Assembly: GCA_034670305.1 (NCBI GenBank)
Contig: JAXMNT010000001.1
Location: forward strand, 256,001 to 320,000
Reading direction: 5' to 3'
DNA: 64,000 nt
DNA from: Deltaproteobacteria bacterium
Lineage (GTDB): Bacteria; Myxococcota_A; Polyangia; Polyangiales; Houyiibacteriaceae
In this document: one piece after another, positions 60,080 through 64,000 of the stretch
Layout of the letters: the number at the start of each line of letters is the position of its first letter
Numbering within the stretch: position 1 is the first letter of the stretch
The notes under the pieces: generated by a model
Databases searched by the model: none
Told to the model about the DNA's origin: nothing
Seen by the model: the letters and a program-made list of their open reading frames with translations, nothing else
Made by a program: the position numbers and the translations under genes

Positions 60080-61236
60080 TGCGTCTCGCGATCACTGGTC
60101 TCGGGGTGGTGAGCCCCTTCGGAGTGACGCGTTCGGCGTGGCAAGACGCGTTGAGCGGCTCGGACGATGCCGCGCGCGCGAACGCCTTCCGAGCGTCCGA
60201 AGTCGTCGAGGGCGCGCGGACCGCGGAGGTGTGGGGCTTCGATCCGAACGAAGTCCTCGGTCCGAAGGGCCACCGGAGTTTCGATCGGCTCACCAAGTAC
60301 TTGATCGCCGCCGCGAAACACGCGCTCGAAGACGCCGGCCTCAAACACGACGGGGCCTTCGTCGGCCCGCTCACCTCGGAGCAGCTCGGCATCTGCAGCG
60401 CGACCGCGTACGGATCGCTCGACGCGATCACCGAACTCAACCGCGTCGCGGAGCTCGAAGCGCCGCGGTACATCAACCCCGCGCGCTTCCCGAACACCGT
60501 CATCAACGCGGCCGCGGGCTACGTGAGCATCTGGGAGGATCTGCGCGCGCCCAACACCACCATCGTCGATGGCAACTGCGGTGCGCTCGATGCGGTGTTG
60601 ACCGCGGCGACCCACTTGCACCACCGGCGCGGCGACGGATTCTTGGTCGGCGGCGGAGAGGTCATCAGCGAACCCCTCTATCGAGCGCTCGCCAAACTCG
60701 GCGTGCTCTCGATGGACGGCAAGCCCGGCGTCGAGATGGGCGAGGGCGCGAGCTACGTCGTCGTCGAACGACCGGACCAAGCCGCGGCGCGCGGCGCCCG
60801 AGTGCTCGGTGAGTTCGTCGGGTACGGGACCGCGTTCGAACCGCCCGAGTCCGAAGCGCTGCTCGTGCACGCCTCGCAGGAATCCACCGAGCGCGCGGTT
60901 GGCCAAGCGCTCGCAGAAGCGGGCGTGGACGCGTCGGACGTCGACGTGGTGGTCGCGGCGCGCTGTGGGCTGGCGGAGATGGACCGCGCCGAAGACCAAG
61001 GCCTCAAGGCCGCGCTCGGCGAAGACGTCGCGGTGGTGGGCCTCAAGCGCGTGCATGGCGAGACGTTTGGCGCCGCGGGCGCGTTTGGGATCGCGGCGGC
61101 GCTCGCTTGGATGAACGGCGTTCCCGTCGGATCCTTGGTTCGTGGACGCGCGCCCCAAGAGGTGCGCCACGTGGTCATCTCGACCGTGGGTTTTTACGGC
61201 AACTGCAGTGCCGTCGTCTTGCGACGCGGGGGCTGA
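60079..61236 (+). CDS. Ketosynthase-like partner lacking the catalytic triad (chain-length-factor-like)
   Basis: ITGLGVVSPFG, FPNTV.NA, GEGA retained; Cys position reads DGNCGA, HGTGT replaced by ARCGL, GH replaced by GE; TGATG coupling. Confidence 0.8.
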   Translation: MRLAITGLGVVSPFGVTRSAWQDALSGSDDAARANAFRASEVVEGARTAEVWGFDPNEVLGPKGHRSFDRLTKYLIAAAKHALEDAGLKHDGAFVGPLTSEQLGICSATAYGSLDAITELNRVAELEAPRYINPARFPNTVINAAAGYVSIWEDLRAPNTTIVDGNCGALDAVLTAATHLHHRRGDGFLVGGGEVISEPLYRALAKLGVLSMDGKPGVEMGEGASYVVVERPDQAAARGARVLGEFVGYGTAFEPPESEALLVHASQESTERAVGQALAEAGVDASDVDVVVAARCGLAEMDRAEDQGLKAALGEDVAVVGLKRVHGETFGAAGAFGIAAALAWMNGVPVGSLVRGRAPQEVRHVVISTVGFYGNCSAVVLRRGG

Positions 61237-61276
61237 TCGACTTGCGATTGTTTCCGCAATCGGACAGAGGCGCGCG

Positions 61277-62539
61277 ATGACTTCGACGAAGATTCCGAAG
61301 GCGGAGAGCTGGGCGACGGCCAAAGCCCGCGTGGGGCTCGAGCGCATTCGGGAGGCCCAGGACAAGCAGGTCTACCCGTACTTCAAACAGTTCGAGTCCG
61401 GTGGTCTGCACAGCACGATCGACGGCAAACCGGTCCTGAACTTCAGCTCGAACGACTACCTCGGACTGACCACCCATCCAAAGGTCAAAGAAGCGTCGAT
61501 CGAAGCGGTGAAGAAGTTCAGCTGCGGCCTCAGTTCGTCGCGGGTCCAGGCGACGACCACCGCCCACGTCGAACTCGAGGAACGGCTGGCCGCGTGGTTC
61601 GGGTACGAGAGCTGTCTCGTCTTCACCACCGGCTACCAGGCGATGCTCGGCACGTTGATGTCGCTGGCCGACAAAGACACCACCATCATTCTCGACAACC
61701 TCGCGCACGCCTGCATTCTCGACGGCACGTTCCTCGCCGCCGGCGTGCCGCGCAACGGCTGCGAGATCCGATTCTTCAACCACAACAGTGCACGTTCGCT
61801 CCGCCGCTGTTTGAAGACGCGCGAGCGCAAGAACGCGCTCGTCTGCATCGAGGGCATCTACTCGCTCGATGGAGACGAAGCGAAGATCCTCGAGCTCGTC
61901 GAAGCGTGCGAAGAAGATCCAGGCGCGGTGCTCATCGTCGACGACGCGCACGGCACGGGCACCCTCGGCCAGGGCGGTCGGGGCATCCACGAGAAGTACG
62001 GCCTCGACGACACGCAGATCCCGATCGTGATCAGCACGTTCAGCAAGACCTTCGGCGGCATCGGCGGCATCTTGCTCGGCGACCGCGAAGTCGTGGACCA
62101 CGTCAAACACATGGCCCGCAGCTTTCTGTTCAGCGCCAGCTTGCCGGTGCCGGTCGTAGCGGCGGCGGCGACCATTTTGGACATGCTCGAAGACCACGGT
62201 GAAGAACTCGTCGCCGAGCTGCACGAGAAGGCGGCGTACATGCGCAAGTCGCTCTTGGAGATCGGTTTCGATCTCGGCATGAGCGACACCCACATCATGC
62301 CGGTGATGTGCAACGAGGAACGCAAAGCGCTCTTCACGCACGTGGCGATGCTCGAGAGCGGCGTGATGATGGTGCCGATCACGTACCCAGGCGTGAAACT
62401 CGGCGAAGAACGGCTGCGCTTGAACGTCACCCGCGGACACTCGCGCGAAGACATGGACCAAGCGCTCGAACTCCTGCAGATCTACGGCGAAGCGTTCTTC
62501 ATTCTGAGCGGCGACGAACTCGACCCCATGGAGAGTTGA
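61277..62539 (+). CDS. PLP-dependent alpha-oxoamine synthase, serine palmitoyltransferase-like
   Basis: VYPYF, SSNDYLGL, TGYQA, HACI, FNHN, EGIYSLDGD, VDDAHG, STFSKTFGGIGG, FLFSAS. Confidence 0.85.
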   Translation: MTSTKIPKAESWATAKARVGLERIREAQDKQVYPYFKQFESGGLHSTIDGKPVLNFSSNDYLGLTTHPKVKEASIEAVKKFSCGLSSSRVQATTTAHVELEERLAAWFGYESCLVFTTGYQAMLGTLMSLADKDTTIILDNLAHACILDGTFLAAGVPRNGCEIRFFNHNSARSLRRCLKTRERKNALVCIEGIYSLDGDEAKILELVEACEEDPGAVLIVDDAHGTGTLGQGGRGIHEKYGLDDTQIPIVISTFSKTFGGIGGILLGDREVVDHVKHMARSFLFSASLPVPVVAAAATILDMLEDHGEELVAELHEKAAYMRKSLLEIGFDLGMSDTHIMPVMCNEERKALFTHVAMLESGVMMVPITYPGVKLGEERLRLNVTRGHSREDMDQALELLQIYGEAFFILSGDELDPMES

Positions 62540-62559
62540 GCCGAAGCAAAGCAGAGGCT

Positions 62560-62684
62560 CCCCTTGCCCTTGCCCGCGGTCCCCTTGCCCCTGCCCTTGC
62601 CCCTGCCCTTGCCCTCGGGTCGGAGTGAAGCCGACGCCGAAGCCGACGCCGAAGCCGAAGCCGAAGCCGAAGCCGAAGCCGAAG
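62560..62684. repeat. Compound hexamer tract (CCCTTG)n then (GCCGAA/GCCGAC)n
   Basis: Same order and polarity as 53891-54163. Confidence 0.9.
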
Positions 62685-62735
62685 GCCGGGCACAACGCGT
62701 TGCGGCCTGGGGCGCGTGGTACAGAATGCGTTTCC

Positions 62736-63287
62736 ATGAGCCACCCGTTTTCCGGAGCTACGTTTGAACGCGTCATCGCGATGCCCCGTGCAGAGCTCGA
62801 GCAGGTGATGCTCGAGGGAGCGACGCCGCAACGCGCGCATCTGGCCGGGTTCGAGTTTCGCGGCTTCAACCCGCCGGCGTTCGCGAAGGCGCTTGGGTTT
62901 CAGAAGTTCATCAAGGGCTTCTTCGTCGACGCGGGCGATCAGCTGGCCGGATACAACCTCTTCGTCCGCGACGCGCGCAAAGGCCCTTCGGCGCCATGGG
63001 TCGCGAAGAAGGATGGTGGCCCATCCACCCGGCATGGCTTCTACGACGTGGTGCCGGTCAAGTCGGGCGGGCGCTACAGCGACTTCCCGAACGCGGTGCT
63101 GCTGGACTACGGGAGCGGGCGCAACAAACCGCTCGATCCGGAAGGGCGCATCCGCGACTTCCTCGTGCAGGTGGATCCGGACAACCCGGACCTCTACCTC
63201 GGCAAGGCGTTTCTCGACCTCGGGCTGACCCGCGTGTTCGCCAACTTCTTCATCATCGAGCGGCTGCGCGAAGCACCGCCTGGCTAA
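62736..63287 (+). CDS. Hypothetical protein (~183 aa)
   Basis: Aromatic-rich globular ORF (GFEFRGFN, KFIKGF, LLDYG, IRDFLVQV, LYLGKA). Confidence 0.75.
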   Translation: MSHPFSGATFERVIAMPRAELEQVMLEGATPQRAHLAGFEFRGFNPPAFAKALGFQKFIKGFFVDAGDQLAGYNLFVRDARKGPSAPWVAKKDGGPSTRHGFYDVVPVKSGGRYSDFPNAVLLDYGSGRNKPLDPEGRIRDFLVQVDPDNPDLYLGKAFLDLGLTRVFANFFIIERLREAPPG

Positions 63288-63626
63288 CTGGCAGCCTGCC
63301 CCTTGCCCCTGCCCTTGCCTTTGCCCTTGCCCGCGGATCAGCGGTCAGATCCTGATCAGCGCGACGAGCATCGCGACGACCTGCTTGAGGTGGGCGAGAG
63401 CCCGTTCGATATTTCTTGGTTCGCCGCCTACCTGGCCGGCGCCGCATTACAACCTCCTACGCGTCGCGCGGCTGCGGAGCTGCGCCGCGTAGCTGCCCGG
63501 CGGCTTCGTCCGCTGGGCATCAGGCTCCGATTCGCCGTCGCGAAAACACACGGCGTCCACGACGCGGGCAAGGGCACGGGCAAGGGCAACGGCAAGGGAG
63601 CAGGTCGCTTTTCAGCGACCTGCTAG
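63288..63626. mobile_element. Composite element copy 4 (left end and centre deleted)
   Basis: (CCCTTG)n, four-helix C-terminus (minus), ATAT plus only TTCTTGG of cassette A, transposase stub, TTTTCAGCGACCTGCTAG. Confidence 0.85.
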
Positions 63627-64000
63627 AGGCGAACGGCGTCGAGCTCGACTTCGGCGAAGCTGCCGGTGTCGCTGATGCGGACGCGGCGTGCGAAGAAGTC
63701 GACGTCCACCGCCGGGTCGCCGTCTGAGTCGGTGTGGCTGGTGTCGAGCGCGCGGGTGGGCACGCCGTCTTCGATCTCGCACGGCGCGTAGCCGGCCGAC
63801 TGACCTTCGTCGGGGTAGAGCACGACGCCATCGCACATCACGCGCACCAGACAGTTGAACTGGCGGGCACGCACCGGCAGCACGCGCACACTGCACATGG
63901 CGCCATGCGACGGCCCGATCCCGTTCGCGGTCGTCAAGCGCCCGCGGATGGTGGTGGGTCCGAACGGCGCGCCGGTCCCCGCGTCCTGGGTACCGTAGCT
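63623..64000 (-). CDS. C-terminal part of a hypothetical protein; start lies beyond the window
   Basis: Frame stays open to the window edge; its stop is the CTAG of the element. Confidence 0.55.
   Translation of the reverse strand, partial: SYGTQDAGTGAPFGPTTIRGRLTTANGIGPSHGAMCSVRVLPVRARQFNCLVRVMCDGVVLYPDEGQSAGYAPCEIEDGVPTRALDTSHTDSDGDPAVDVDFFARRVRISDTGSFAEVELDAVRL

Noticed and set aside
61277-62539. bioF assignment
   Set aside because: No bio genes nearby, and motifs and context favour an SPT-like enzyme; left without a gene symbol.
1-64000. rRNA, tRNA, prophage or intact transposase genes
   Set aside because: None recognised by eye.

Overview
High-GC chromosomal window that looks myxobacterial, probably Polyangiales/Sandaracinaceae-like (inferred from Ser/Thr kinases with PEGA and AgmX/PglI-type tails, DUF4215 Cys-rich repeats and many Cys-rich lipoproteins). 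It holds about 48 CDS and no recognisable rRNA, tRNA or CRISPR. Recognisable modules: an NAD salvage operon (pncB-prs-nadE-nrtR-pncA) with an NrtR-type operator, a separate nadB, metK, a eukaryotic-type AdoMet decarboxylase, Mrp/ApbC, an RpoD-like sigma paralogue, a sigma-54 two-component pair, a GT4-MMPL pair, and a lipid cluster (ACP, FAAL, ketosynthase, catalytically dead KS partner, serine-palmitoyltransferase-like enzyme). The most unusual structure is non-coding. A nested composite element occurs in 4 copies plus a remnant. It has (C/T)TAG-bounded IS5-like ends, a transposase 3' stub, a broken four-helix-bundle (IVP/Avd-like) gene and hexamer tracts. Three types of 70-125 bp cassette (A, A', B) are stacked inside it in variable order and orientation at ATAT junctions in a GATATC target. 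The same cassettes also entered the 3' end of the MMPL gene and rewrote its C-terminus. Polarised (GCCCKT)n->(GCCGAH)n hexamer tracts are scattered between genes. All calls are by eye from motifs; no searches were run, and start codons are estimates.
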